Shown in pieces: positions 9,871 through 20,311 of a stretch of DNA of 32,000 nt. A program made the translations under genes and the position numbers. The stretch covers positions 90,001 through 122,000 of the forward strand of contig NZ_CP046578.1 in NCBI RefSeq assembly GCF_013365455.1. The letters are read 5' to 3'. Positions within the stretch are counted from its first letter, which is position 1. Each line of letters starts with the position of its first letter. Source of the DNA: Wolbachia endosymbiont of Dirofilaria (Dirofilaria) immitis. Its GTDB lineage: Bacteria; Pseudomonadota; Alphaproteobacteria; Rickettsiales; Anaplasmataceae. A model generated the notes under the pieces. The model worked only from the letters and a program-made list of their open reading frames with translations, was not told the origin of the DNA and did not search any database.

Positions 9871-12241
9871 AAATGGATTTTAACATGAAAATCATAGAAG
9901 TAAAATAATTTTCCTGTTAGTTAGTGATCTATATATCAAGTATTAAACCTATAATTAAGGTATATTCTGATACATTATTGCTATCTTAAAGTGAGCGCCA
10001 CTATACTTTTAGACTTTGATCCCTTACTACTTACTTTACCTAGGTGATAGACTACTTGATTCTGCTACCACTTTCTACTAGTACACTATTTAATCTTATT
10101 TTAGGACTGCTTGTATGCTATTGCTATAATAGTTCACCTGCTGTTTGAAACGTGACAAAATCAGATAGCTCTAACACAGGAGTGGCATTGTAATAGTAGT
10201 ATTTCTTAGTATTGTGCACTATGAATTCTATCACTCCAAAATGCTTATCTCTCTTAGTAGAGATATATTAGCTATAATAAGTTGATTAAGTTACAGAGAA
10301 GAGTTCTTTTGGAGGGATACAGTTGGGTAAAGCACATAAATTATTGGCTTTTTTTATTTTGGTCTTGATATAACAAATACTGTTTTTATATAGTCTTTTC
10401 TAGAAAGAAATGGTTCTTTGTTTATTTGACCGTTTCTTACCCGAGTAAGGAGTTGTTAATTCCCTATAATATTATTCAAATCCTCAACTATCTCTTGCCA
10501 CATTGAATTTAGAGATATATGTTTTTTTATCTTGGTAATCTTTTTATTACATTTGTATATAAAACATTGTATTTTTACTTGGTACTATTGCTCTGAAGTT
10601 ATCAAATTTGGATGATTTTTTTTATGATTCTATTTATTTTAATAAAGTCAAAAGGGGAAGCCTCTTATATAATACACCAGTTTTCATAGGGTATTTAAGA
10701 CAACACAGAGTGCCAATTTATAAGAGTTAGGGAGGATAAATTTACTATGTGATTTTTTCTTTATATCTTTTTTATTTGGTAGTTTTATTAAACATAAAGT
10801 AATCTGTAAGTTATGGTAAGAAAGTAGTATTTAAATATGTGGCACTAAAATTTGGTCTTTATTATATGGTTACTTGGTTAAAATTAAGTTTCCTAGATCC
10901 TAGTGTCCGCTGTTTAGGAGATACCCATCTTTGCAAAGGAAGACTTGTATTGTATGTATAAGTATTGCATAGCCTACATTAGAGTGTACTAAAAAATCAG
11001 CTAACTATAAGAAAATAGTTGCAATTGCTCTCAGCTATTCAGCGAAAAGTGCTAGTTTTATACTTAGTGTATAATTACAATTTGGTAGATATAGAGGATA
11101 ATTTTTCAGAAGTAAAATTAACTACAAAGAGCTAAAGTACTAAATGTAAATTTTAGCTAATGTAGAAAGAATATAGAATTGTAATGTCGGTTAGAGAAAC
11201 ATTAACTGGTAAGTGGTGATGATTTCACCTTGTGGATAATCTATACTGATGTCCATCTAAGCTTTGAGTGAAACGCTTTTAGAAAGCATATAGCAGCTAG
11301 TTCATCAAACTTTAGTAAGCAGTCTCAATGCAGAAAGAAAAGTAATTTTTTTTGTGATGGTTGTAGCCTATACTATAAAAGGCTTCACTCAGATACCTTC
11401 TCTTTCTGAGCTAAAAAGTATATTATGTTGTGTTTATTTACCAGTAATATCTGAAATAATAGTGCTATTTATTCAACTAAAAAGTCAGGGCTCTATTCTT
11501 GTGCTATTCAAGTACTGTAGCAAGAGCGGCTATGATGCAGCATTATCATGTGCTGTGTTTACACGAGTATAGATCATATTCAAAAGGGAAAGGTCAATTG
11601 CTGTATTGCCCTAGGTGAAAAAGGAGTTGAGGCAATAGAAATTGAACTTGGAAATTATTGCTTTTGCTGCTTAACATTAATTGTTAATAAAGCTCTCTGC
11701 TGCATTTAAGTGATATAATCTAAACAAAGAGTGGCTGAAACGCTGGAAATTTTTTGATGATCTTTCTTGTATTTCGTGTGACAACAAATGTGGTTTTCTT
11801 CGAATGATTAAACCATAAGATCCAAGAATTTTAGTCTATTACTTGGAAGATTGAGAGAAATATAATCTATTTGTGGAATTAGCCATATTTTGTTGGATAT
11901 TCTATAAAGGGATGAATAACTTGATTGTATTTTTCCATTAATTTATATTAATTTCTTATTAGAATTTTTTGTGATATCAATTGAGTTAAAATTCACTCAT
12001 TAAAAAGTCTATAGTGTATACTGCCAAGTTTTTATTGCTGAATCTATTTTGCACCTTACTGGCTTTTTCTTTTTTATTTCATTGCTTTAAGTATGTTAGT
12101 TTTGCCAATACCATTTTTTTAAAGATAATAACTAAGTTGTAACTTAAGTTCAGCCTAAAGCTTAAATGGTTACGGAGATTATATAATTTTAGCTTTTTAT
12201 GTAACAATGAATAACCATTAATTTAAAAATGGTTTTTTTAT

Positions 12242-12709
12242 TTATATTTTTTTAACTTCCTCTAGAACTTCATTAACATGCCCGCTAACTTTTACGTTTT
12301 TCCAGATTTTTACTATTTTACCCTTTTTATTTATTAAAAAAGTGGTGCGTTCTATCCCCATATACTTTTTGCCAAATATACTCTTTTCTGTCCAAACACC
12401 ATACTTTTCTAATATTCTAACATTTTCATCAGAAACTAAATAGAATGGTAGTGAATATTTTGCTTTGAAATTTGCATGGCATTTAACACTATCTTTTGAT
12501 ACACCAATTATCACTGTATCAAAAGAGGAAAAATCTTTTATTTTATCTCTAAAATCTTTTGCTTCTATAGTACAACCTGGAGTGTCATCTTTAGGGTAGA
12601 AATAGAGGACTACATTTCTTTTATTAAAAAAAGCAACCAGTGATAGATTTTCACCAGAATCTGTTGGTAAGCTAAAATTTGGTGCATTATTTCCTACTGC
12701 TAATTCTAT
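12242..12709 (-). CDS. bcp: Peroxiredoxin of the BCP/thiol peroxidase family, full length but with ATA at the expected start codon
   Basis: The frame is open well upstream of the track's GTG start: (ATA)ELAVGNNAPNFSLPTDSGENLSLVAFFNKRNVVLYFYPKDDTPGCTIEAKDFRDKIKDFSSFDTVIIGVSKDSVKCHANFKAKYSLPFYLVSDENV...EEVKKI*. The peroxidatic Cys motif DTPGCT lies in the part missing from the track call. SD-like AAAGGAG at 12718-12724. Confidence 0.8.
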   Translation of the reverse strand: MELAVGNNAPNFSLPTDSGENLSLVAFFNKRNVVLYFYPKDDTPGCTIEAKDFRDKIKDFSSFDTVIIGVSKDSVKCHANFKAKYSLPFYLVSDENVRILEKYGVWTEKSIFGKKYMGIERTTFLINKKGKIVKIWKNVKVSGHVNEVLEEVKKI

Positions 12710-12901
12710 ATTTTGCGCTCCTTTAATGGTACCTATGGTAGTATATTATACTCAGAGTTTCAAGAATTCTAGGTAAAAGTCAATTGGATTTTCATATATT
12801 TCTTTTTCATAAAAGAAATTTAACGTCATGGTAGTCCAAATTTTGCTTCGCTTTTAGTTAATAGTAAAAAAGTTCTACTATTAACTCTACTAGTTTTTTG
12901 C

Positions 12902-13075
12902 TAGGTGGTAAGCCCAATTCCTGTACCTTCGTTTCTATATCTTGAGTCTGCTTGGATAGAAACGGATATAACTTTTTTTAGTTGCCATTCTTATTAAACT
13001 ATCTTTAGGAGTAAATTTAATTAAATTTGGTAATAAATTAATTATAACTTATGTTATACTTTTATGATCTGCAAT
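12902..13075 (-). pseudogene. Remnant of a histidine kinase catalytic domain
   Basis: Minus-strand fragments DHKSIT*VIINLLPNLIKFTPKDSLI (HATPase N-box, compare ..QVLxNLLSNAIKFTPxG) and PF../..QADSRYRNEGTGIGLT (compare PFxQADSsyxRkyEGTGLGL). In-frame stop, a frameshift, and the G1 box is missing. Confidence 0.65.
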
Positions 13076-13509
13076 AACTAACAGTTGTTTATTATGCAAC
13101 TCTTTTTAATTCATTTCTGTTTCTTTTAATTGAGGTGATAGCATATTAAAGTATGAACCATTACTTTATTAGGTTAAGTTTTACTTTTTTACTGTTAAGT
13201 TACTTAATTCAGCTTTCGTAAAGTTGAGCACATTGTTAATTAAAGCAAGTAAATATATCCTGTATTATATATCGTTTATATATTTCTTGTGTCAAAAGTG
13301 ATCAATAAAACATAAAGTTTAATTTTTGATTAACTCTGCGAATCTAATGATAAAAATGAAGAAGTGTATACAGCTCATGTATAACACTTGCAAAAACTTT
13401 AGCTTATTTGTGTTTTCTTACTCTGATTTCTCTTTTTATCTATTGCAACTCAGTGTTCGTTTTATGCTACTTAACTAGCATCTAGATATTGAAAAAGTGT
13501 GAATAAAGT

Positions 13510-13600
13510 ATTGTTAGTATTGGAATTACTAATGATAAGGCTGAAAAAATTAAAAAACAGGCTGTTAAAAAGTGGCATTTTAGTGTTACCTTTATGAAGT
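13510..13600 (+). pseudogene. Possible N-terminal remnant of the same aminotransferase decayed at 14365-14645
   Basis: IVSIGITNDKAEKIKKQAVKKWHFS resembles the class-III aminotransferase segment (SGIxVTxLGH...EKLKxQAxKLWHxSN), with an internal deletion. Confidence 0.3.
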
Positions 13601-14364
13601 ATAGAAAAAATGAGGGATTGATTTATTTTCTATAGTATAAAATACTTCTTAGTTGTTTAGTGGTTTATTAATTTTATCGTTTGTGAGTAACTGTTTACCT
13701 TATAATCTTGAATGTTAAGATTGCTAAATATTATCTTGCTATTTTAACTATATAATATTAACCTTAAAGGCTTTTCACTTTGCTAACTTATTGTGATAAT
13801 ACAGCATATATAGCTTTATCAGTTAATTTATATAACCTTAAAGTTTTTGTATTTAACGTGATGCTTTTCTATTATGAATAATAATAATTTCTTATTGTAC
13901 TGCTTCCAGCACATTTTTAAGTCTATACTTGGGTTACAAAGAAAAATATGCTTCTTAATGAATAATTGAAATATAATGTTATTCAATAGAACCACAAAAA
14001 TTTTGGAAATATACAGTAACTTTGTTGATTTGCTTAGCTTATACATGTCCTTCTCATTGTAGTAGCTTTTGTGTTATTAATTAAAACTCAGTATACCATA
14101 TTTTTATGAAAATTTCTCTTATCTTGTTAGTTTATCTTCTATTAATGTCAGTTTTTTCCATAGTAAGAGTATTTACTTGTGCGACGTTGGTAATAAGTAC
14201 TACATAGATTTTTTCTTGGAATAGCTGTTAATAATTTAGATTGCTCTAACTCAAGATTAATCATACTCTTAAGTTATAAAAAGAAAGATGATGGTGTGTG
14301 ACGAATATTTATAGTATACTTGTACTAGTTTTTATAAAAAATTAATAAATAACAGCTTTGTTAG

Positions 14365-14645
14365 TGCCGTGTTTTTTGCGAATTCTAGGCTGTGACAGTA
14401 GAGTGGGCTTAAGATTGCTAAGGTTTATCAAGGTGGAAAAGGTAATAAAAACCGTCATAGAATTTTAACATTTTGTGGTTCCTTTTATGGAAGTATGGAA
14501 GGAGTTTTTTTAAACTTGTCTACAAACGATAGACAAAAAATTCTGAGTTGTTAAATCCTTGCGTTGGTTGGTACCATAATAATATAAAGCTCAATACTAG
14601 GAGCGCAGAGAAGGCAATTTCTCACGGTATAAGTTGTTGTATGAG
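14365..14645 (+). pseudogene. argD: Decayed acetylornithine-aminotransferase-like gene
   Basis: VFFANS-(G)C..AVEWA-KIAKVYQGGKGNKNRHRILTFCGSFYGSMEG...DRQKIL, then WYHNNIKLN..SAEKAIS. Spread across frames with stops; matches the ArgD order VFFxNSGxEAVExALKxAR...RxxIxxFxxSFHGRT. Confidence 0.6.
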
Positions 14646-14955
14646 TAAAAGGATGGGGGTGAATGTTAAGATAATGAATAAATTCCTAAAAAATTAATTA
14701 GAGAACCTAGCAAATAAATTTCTGTGATAGGGGAAGTAAGGGAAGGTATTTAATGTTTTGGATAAAATGGAAATGAATAACCTGAAGTTTATAAAAAGCT
14801 GGGTTATTGTTAGTTATTTACTGTTGAGGTAGCACTGGTAGAGTTATGAGAATTTTGTCTCTACTCAGTATTACTAAAAAGAAAATTGATGGTAGTAGTA
14901 GCGTTAAGTTTATTAAACGGTTATTTATCTAAGGAATCTTTTGGCTTATATTAAT

Positions 14956-15462
14956 ATGAGTAGCAATCTAATATGCTTGGGAGTAATTATTTCTCCTCAT
15001 GGAGTTAATGGGGCTATTAAAATAAAAACTTTTACTGAAAAGCCTGAGAATATCTCCTTGTACGGTAAGCTAACAAGTGGTGATGAGAATTATGAAATAG
15101 ACTTAATGTCTATAGTAGATGAGAGCTTGGTAATAGCTACAATAGATGGAGTAAATTCTCGTAACAAAGCAGAGCTTTTGAGAAATAAGAAATTATATAT
15201 AGAAAAAGACAAGCTGCCAGAATTAAGTGATAAGAACGAATTCTATCAAAGTGACCTTGTGGGTATGAAAGTAAGGTTAGAAAATAATAAACTGTATGGA
15301 TATGTAAAATCTATATGTAATTTTGGTTCAGGAGATATATTGAAAATTTCGGTCACTGATACAAAAAAGAGCATTATGCTACCTTTTACTAAAGAAATAT
15401 TTTCGCATATAAACGTAAAAGAAGAGTATATAATCCTCAATATGCCAGAATTTATTGATTAG
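14956..15462 (+). CDS. rimM: 16S rRNA processing protein RimM
   Basis: [29 protein letters not shown] and [34 protein letters not shown]...[10 protein letters not shown]. The track start at 14941 is TTG; ATG at 14956 is more likely. Confidence 0.87.
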   Translation: MSSNLICLGVIISPHGVNGAIKIKTFTEKPENISLYGKLTSGDENYEIDLMSIVDESLVIATIDGVNSRNKAELLRNKKLYIEKDKLPELSDKNEFYQSDLVGMKVRLENNKLYGYVKSICNFGSGDILKISVTDTKKSIMLPFTKEIFSHINVKEEYIILNMPEFID

Positions 15463-15525
15463 TAAAAGGGTTTGATCTTTAATCAAAAGCCATTTATAAT
15501 TATAAAACCAACTAGGAATGGAATT

Positions 15526-16092
15526 ATGGCAGAAAGAGCTAATGATGTTAGGCCAGGTCAGATATTAGAGCATAATGATGGGTTGTTTTTGGTTGTAAGT
15601 ATAATGCATACTCAGCCTGGTAAAGGTGGTGCATACATACAGGCTGAAATGAAGAATATCAAAACTGGAGCAAAATACTATGAGAGGTTTCGCTCTGATG
15701 CCCCAATCAGAAGGGCAATTTTAGATGAAGAGGAGTATGTTTATTTATTTACTGAAGGAGATATTGTGTATCTTATGCATCCAAGTAATTATGAGCAAGT
15801 TACTCTAAACTTAAGTTTATTGGGAGAAAAGAAGATTTATCTACAGAATAACATAAAAATTAAAGTTATAACTTACCAAGATAGAATAGTTTCTACACGT
15901 GTACCTGATTATGTTACGTTGACTGTAAGAGAGACAGAATCTGTTATTAAAAAACAGACTATTACTTCTTCTTATAAGCCTGCAGTTTTAGAAAATGGAA
16001 TGCGTATTAGCGTACCTCAATTTATAAGAGAAGAAGATAAAGTTGTAGTATATACTCCTGACGATAGCTATTATGAAAGGGCAAAAGGATAG
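15526..16092 (+). CDS. efp: Translation elongation factor P
   Basis: MAERANDVRPGQILEHNDGLFLVVSIMHTQPGKGGAYIQAEMKNIKTG...ERFRSDAPIRRAIL. The track's 18-aa N-terminal extension (start 15472) looks spurious. Confidence 0.93.
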   Translation: MAERANDVRPGQILEHNDGLFLVVSIMHTQPGKGGAYIQAEMKNIKTGAKYYERFRSDAPIRRAILDEEEYVYLFTEGDIVYLMHPSNYEQVTLNLSLLGEKKIYLQNNIKIKVITYQDRIVSTRVPDYVTLTVRETESVIKKQTITSSYKPAVLENGMRISVPQFIREEDKVVVYTPDDSYYERAKG

Positions 16093-16098
16093 AGAAAG

Positions 16099-16797
16099 AT
16101 GTCTACTTCTTCACCGCGAGTTAATGTGATGCTTGATTCTGTCCGAGGTGCTTCTAAACAACTGATGCGTGATTTTAATGAATTGCAAATTTCTAATATT
16201 AAATCAAGCGATTTTATTAGCAAAACTTACTCGAAATCCAAGCAAGCCATATGCGGTTGCTTGCATAATTATAGACAAGGATATAGTTTTCTTTTTGAAG
16301 ATGATGTTGATCAAGAAGTAAAAGATGATACTTATACTTGGTTTATTATGCCTATAGAAAGTAAGGAGAATTTTTTTAGCTGTATAGTTTATTTTACAGT
16401 ATCGGTCTGTCTAATTTATAAGAACAAAGTTGTGGCAGCTGTAGTTGATGTTCCTGCTCTTAGAGAAACTTTCTGGGCAGAAGAGAGGAGAGGTGCTTTT
16501 CTTGAAGATTCTAGATTTCGTCATATAAGGATGCGGATGAAAAGTCGTGATGGGGGATTGATAGATGTAAGCGGTAATTTATTAGATAGGTTACTACCAG
16601 ATAACAGTAATGTGCGTTCCATTGGTTCGACAGTTTTAGGTTTTGTATATCTTGCTGCAGGAAGACACAAAGGAATAGTTTACTCTGGAGTTAATAAATA
16701 TAAAACTTTGCTTGGTAAACTTTTTCTTCAAGAAAGTGGTGGAAGGCTAGTAGAGGATAATGGGTTAATTGTTGCAGGCAATATTAGGCTAGCATAA
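16099..16797 (+). CDS. Inositol-monophosphatase/SuhB-like protein, predicted catalytically inactive
   Basis: Family-like layout (N-terminal helix region, [28 protein letters not shown]..., [15 protein letters not shown]), but the DPxDGT and WDxAAG motifs are replaced by MPIESKEN and [11 protein letters not shown]. Confidence 0.75.
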   Translation: MSTSSPRVNVMLDSVRGASKQLMRDFNELQISNIKSSDFISKTYSKSKQAICGCLHNYRQGYSFLFEDDVDQEVKDDTYTWFIMPIESKENFFSCIVYFTVSVCLIYKNKVVAAVVDVPALRETFWAEERRGAFLEDSRFRHIRMRMKSRDGGLIDVSGNLLDRLLPDNSNVRSIGSTVLGFVYLAAGRHKGIVYSGVNKYKTLLGKLFLQESGGRLVEDNGLIVAGNIRLA

Positions 16798-17991
16798 GTA
16801 GGCTGTAGGAATAGATAGCTTTTCAAAAACTTTTACAAGGGACTCTGTTAAATGTTCCATCATTTCATCGGTGTGGTAAGGTGTAGGGGTGATACGAAAG
16901 CGTTCAGTTCCTCTTGGAACTGTAGGGTAATTTATGTGTTGAACATATATTCCATGTTCATCAAATAGTAACCTTGATGCCCTTTTGGATAACTCTGGAT
17001 TACCAATTATTATTGGAATTATATGAGTTTTTGTTGGGATAAGGTTGATCCTTGCATTTTTTAGTGAGTTTTTTACTTTTTCAACGACTTGTTTTTGTTT
17101 CTCTCTTTCAATATTACTTGATTTTAGATAATCAACGCTTGCTTTTGCTGCTGCTGCTAAAACAGGCGAAATAGCAGTGGTGAAAATAAATCCTGGGGCA
17201 GAACTTCTTATTACATCTATTAAGCTTTTTGAAGATGCTATATATCCGCCCATCACTCCAAAAGCTTTTGATAGTGTGCCTTGAATAATAGTTACTCTAT
17301 CCGTTAGACCTTCCCTTTCTGCGATTCCACCACCATGTGAACCGTACATGCCAACTGCGTGTACCTCATCTAAGTAAGTAATTGCATTATGTTTCTCTGC
17401 CAAATCACATATTTCTCTCAATGGTGCTATATCACCATCCATTGAGTATATAGATTCAAATGCTATTATCTTTGGTGTTTTCTCGTCTACAGACTTTAAC
17501 AACTGTTCTAAGTGATCAACGTTATTGTGCTTGAATATGTATTTCGGTCTTTTTCCTGATTTGATACCTTCTATCATCGAAGAATGGTTTTTCTCGTCTG
17601 AAAAAAATACTACGTCAGGAATAACGGACGATAAAGTGCTAAGTGTTGTCTGGTTAGCAAGGTAGCCACAAGCAAAAGTTAAAGCAGCTTTTTTATTATG
17701 CAAGCAAGCTAGAGATTTCTCAAGTTCAACGACCTCTTTTGTTGTACCGGATATATTTCTTGTTCCTCCTGCTCCAACTGGTGAATTTTGGATAGCAGCA
17801 ATTACGCTTTCATTTTGTGACATTCCTAAATAATTGTTGCTGCACCAGACAATTACTTCCCTATTTCTTTCGTAATCCATAACATAAGGAAATCTACCAG
17901 GCAATGACGCAAAGTGCATGAATTCACGGTATCGCCCTTCCTCTTTTATATCTTTGATTTTGCTTAAAAATATCCCTTCGTAGTCTACCAA
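16789..17991 (-). CDS. hemA: 5-aminolevulinate synthase
   Basis: [61 protein letters not shown] and [19 protein letters not shown] are ALAS signatures. Convergent 9-nt overlap with the SuhB-like gene. Confidence 0.95.
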   Translation of the reverse strand: MVDYEGIFLSKIKDIKEEGRYREFMHFASLPGRFPYVMDYERNREVIVWCSNNYLGMSQNESVIAAIQNSPVGAGGTRNISGTTKEVVELEKSLACLHNKKAALTFACGYLANQTTLSTLSSVIPDVVFFSDEKNHSSMIEGIKSGKRPKYIFKHNNVDHLEQLLKSVDEKTPKIIAFESIYSMDGDIAPLREICDLAEKHNAITYLDEVHAVGMYGSHGGGIAEREGLTDRVTIIQGTLSKAFGVMGGYIASSKSLIDVIRSSAPGFIFTTAISPVLAAAAKASVDYLKSSNIEREKQKQVVEKVKNSLKNARINLIPTKTHIIPIIIGNPELSKRASRLLFDEHGIYVQHINYPTVPRGTERFRITPTPYHTDEMMEHLTESLVKVFEKLSIPTAYLC

Positions 17992-18056
17992 GTTTTTATC
18001 TATTAATAGCTAATAAAATTATAATAAATTATTTAATGGTAGACTACTATATTTAT

Positions 18057-18839
18057 TTACAGTGCAACAGTAGGCTTTTTCTTTATATCAACCCCTTCGA
18101 CTTTACTGTTCTCAATTAAGCTTTTAGGCATATAATAGTATATAATTGCAGCGGCAGCTAAACAGCAAGCTCCAACTACTATTCCTACTACTGATATCTC
18201 TAAGTGAACTGCAGTAGCTACTCCTAGGGCAACCACAGCTGTTGTTAATACGGATGCAGCTATGAAGTGCAGATTATTATTTTTTGTATCCTGTAGAATA
18301 GTGTTATTCGTTTGTTTAGATTTTTTGTTAGTTACCAGAGGGTGTCTATGCTGACTCTGATACAAGCGATATTGATCTTGGCTCTGTTTTTTTGTTTGTG
18401 GGCCTTTTGAACTACTCCTTTCAGGAATAGAAACATTTTCACCTTTATCTATACTCTCAAATGGGGAACCACCGTTATCACTTGACACATCGACTGCACT
18501 GAAAGAACTGCTGCTGTGACTACGATCACTATTCGTAGAACTCTCTAGTAGATGTAACGATGAATCTGCTTGACTATCTTTACTTTCAAGCTCTAGCTCA
18601 CCTTTTATTTGTGATGTTGTCTGTTCAGTAAGTTGATTAGGGACTTGTTTTTTCTTGGTATCATTAACAACTGGTGAGATGTTGATACATTCACTTTGAG
18701 ACTTCTGTGTGCTTGAAGAAACTCCTTCGCTTTGAGCAATAGCTATTTGTTCTGGAACTTGGGTTTCAAGAACTTCTTGTTGCTCTTGGGCATTAGGTGG
18801 TTTGCTGTTATGGTTTTTTTTCTTTTTGCTTTTACACAT
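18057..18839 (-). CDS. Hypothetical protein: charged N-terminus, Ser/Gln-rich low-complexity middle, C-terminal hydrophobic hairpin
   Basis: 260-aa intact ORF. C-terminus LHFIAASVLTTAVVALGVATAVHLEISVVGIVVGACCLAAAAIIYYYMPKS gives about two TM helices. Confidence 0.65.
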   Translation of the reverse strand: MCKSKKKKNHNSKPPNAQEQQEVLETQVPEQIAIAQSEGVSSSTQKSQSECINISPVVNDTKKKQVPNQLTEQTTSQIKGELELESKDSQADSSLHLLESSTNSDRSHSSSSFSAVDVSSDNGGSPFESIDKGENVSIPERSSSKGPQTKKQSQDQYRLYQSQHRHPLVTNKKSKQTNNTILQDTKNNNLHFIAASVLTTAVVALGVATAVHLEISVVGIVVGACCLAAAAIIYYYMPKSLIENSKVEGVDIKKKPTVAL

Positions 18840-20311
18840 TTCACCCCCTTGTAATTATTGCTAATAGGCTTCTGTATTGAAACCTCTACATTATTCATAA
18901 TATTTTTTCTGTTGTCCACAGTATTTTTTCCAGCTGGCGACTGATGGCACTTTTAGATTTTGTTTTTTATTGCTTATTTCGTGTTTATTTTAAAGTATAT
19001 AAGTCATTCATCTACTAAGTTGTTAATAATGTTTTCTGCTACTAGAAACATGGTCTTTAGCGTCGGTTAAATTTTGTGCTTCTAATTAGGTGCGTTTTTT
19101 AATTTTATCACGTAACTAATTTAACCATATATTATTTTTATTAAGATAGAAATTGCTAATAGGAGAAGTAATATTATGAACATTAGGTTTGTGCTTTTTT
19201 TGTCTCCTTTATTAATATTTGTCCTCTATGGAGGGATTATTAAATAATTTTCTAAACTAAAACCATAGTATTTTGCTAGAAGCATTATGGATCGCAAAGT
19301 TTGTTATTACCTTTTAGATTTGTTGATCTTCACTTATTAAAAACTTCATTTTTCTTTGTAAAGTAACGTTGTTCCGTATTTAGAGTGGCATTTAGAAAAG
19401 CATAATAGAAATGCAGTGAAAGCTTTATAATAGCTGTATAGTGTAAGGTACTATAACTTTCTGATAAGGGAAGTTATAGTACCTAAGTGTTATTGTTTGA
19501 TTGAAAGTTTTCATGTTTTACATCTTATACATATAGAAGTTTATTCTGAAGCTGATGATCTATTATGGAATTACTTGTTTCAGTATTTTATCAAGGCTAG
19601 GCAACGAATCATAAAATATATTGCAGAGAACACTGGCATGCATTTTTTTGCCTTTAAGTAAAAATTCTAAAATAAAATTGCGGCATTTACATCAGTTATC
19701 ATATTATCGTAAAGGTGTTTAGTACTACAATGGGCTATAGTCGTTTCTTTATTTTTTTTTGTAAAGACAAAGCTATCACACCTTCTATTTCTCTTGTTGC
19801 AATAAAAAGTGAAACCTTTATTAATGAGGTCAACTTTGATTTTCTATGTCTGCTACCTAACTTTTTATTGGTATCACCACAGCTTATTTTATGGAATTAC
19901 ATGTTTCTAATAATTTCTATTCATTAAATCCTGTAGCTTGCACTTCGTTAAGTTGCTAACCATAACAACTTCAGGGTATCTATCATCTTAAAGTCACTAC
20001 ATTAAGAAGTCTTCAAGTTTATTTTTGGAAATAATTGATGTCTCTTAACTCTTACTATCTAAAATTTAAGCCTCTTTATTTTCCTTCAATGCCAGAGTCC
20101 GGGAATGACGATGCTCTTTAACTTTTATTGCTTTTTGATTTTTACTTTCTTAAAATTTGAAATTCTTTTTTAGCATCCATGTTTAAAAATTGTTTTTGTT
20201 CTTGCTGTTATTTCCTCTTTCGGGATTTTTATGTAACGTGAGCTGCTAATCAAGTAAATCCTATGTCATGTGTTTCTTTCATATTGAAATAATGCAAGCT
20301 AATATGTAGTG

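Noticed and set aside
11354-11572. 72-aa plus-strand ORF
   Set aside because: Hydrophobic, low-information translation in a decayed region; could be a gene fragment but I cannot name it.
13828-14046. 72-aa minus-strand ORF
   Set aside because: Lys/Ile/Leu-rich chance ORF between aminotransferase-like fragments; no supporting signal.
15472-15525. N-terminal extension of EF-P in the ORF track (MIFNQKPFIIIKPTRNGI)
   Set aside because: Canonical EF-P starts at MAERANDVRPGQ (ATG at 15526); the upstream part is probably 5' UTR.
19715-19927. 70-aa plus-strand ORF
   Set aside because: Phe/Ile/Leu-rich translation of T-rich spacer; no motif.
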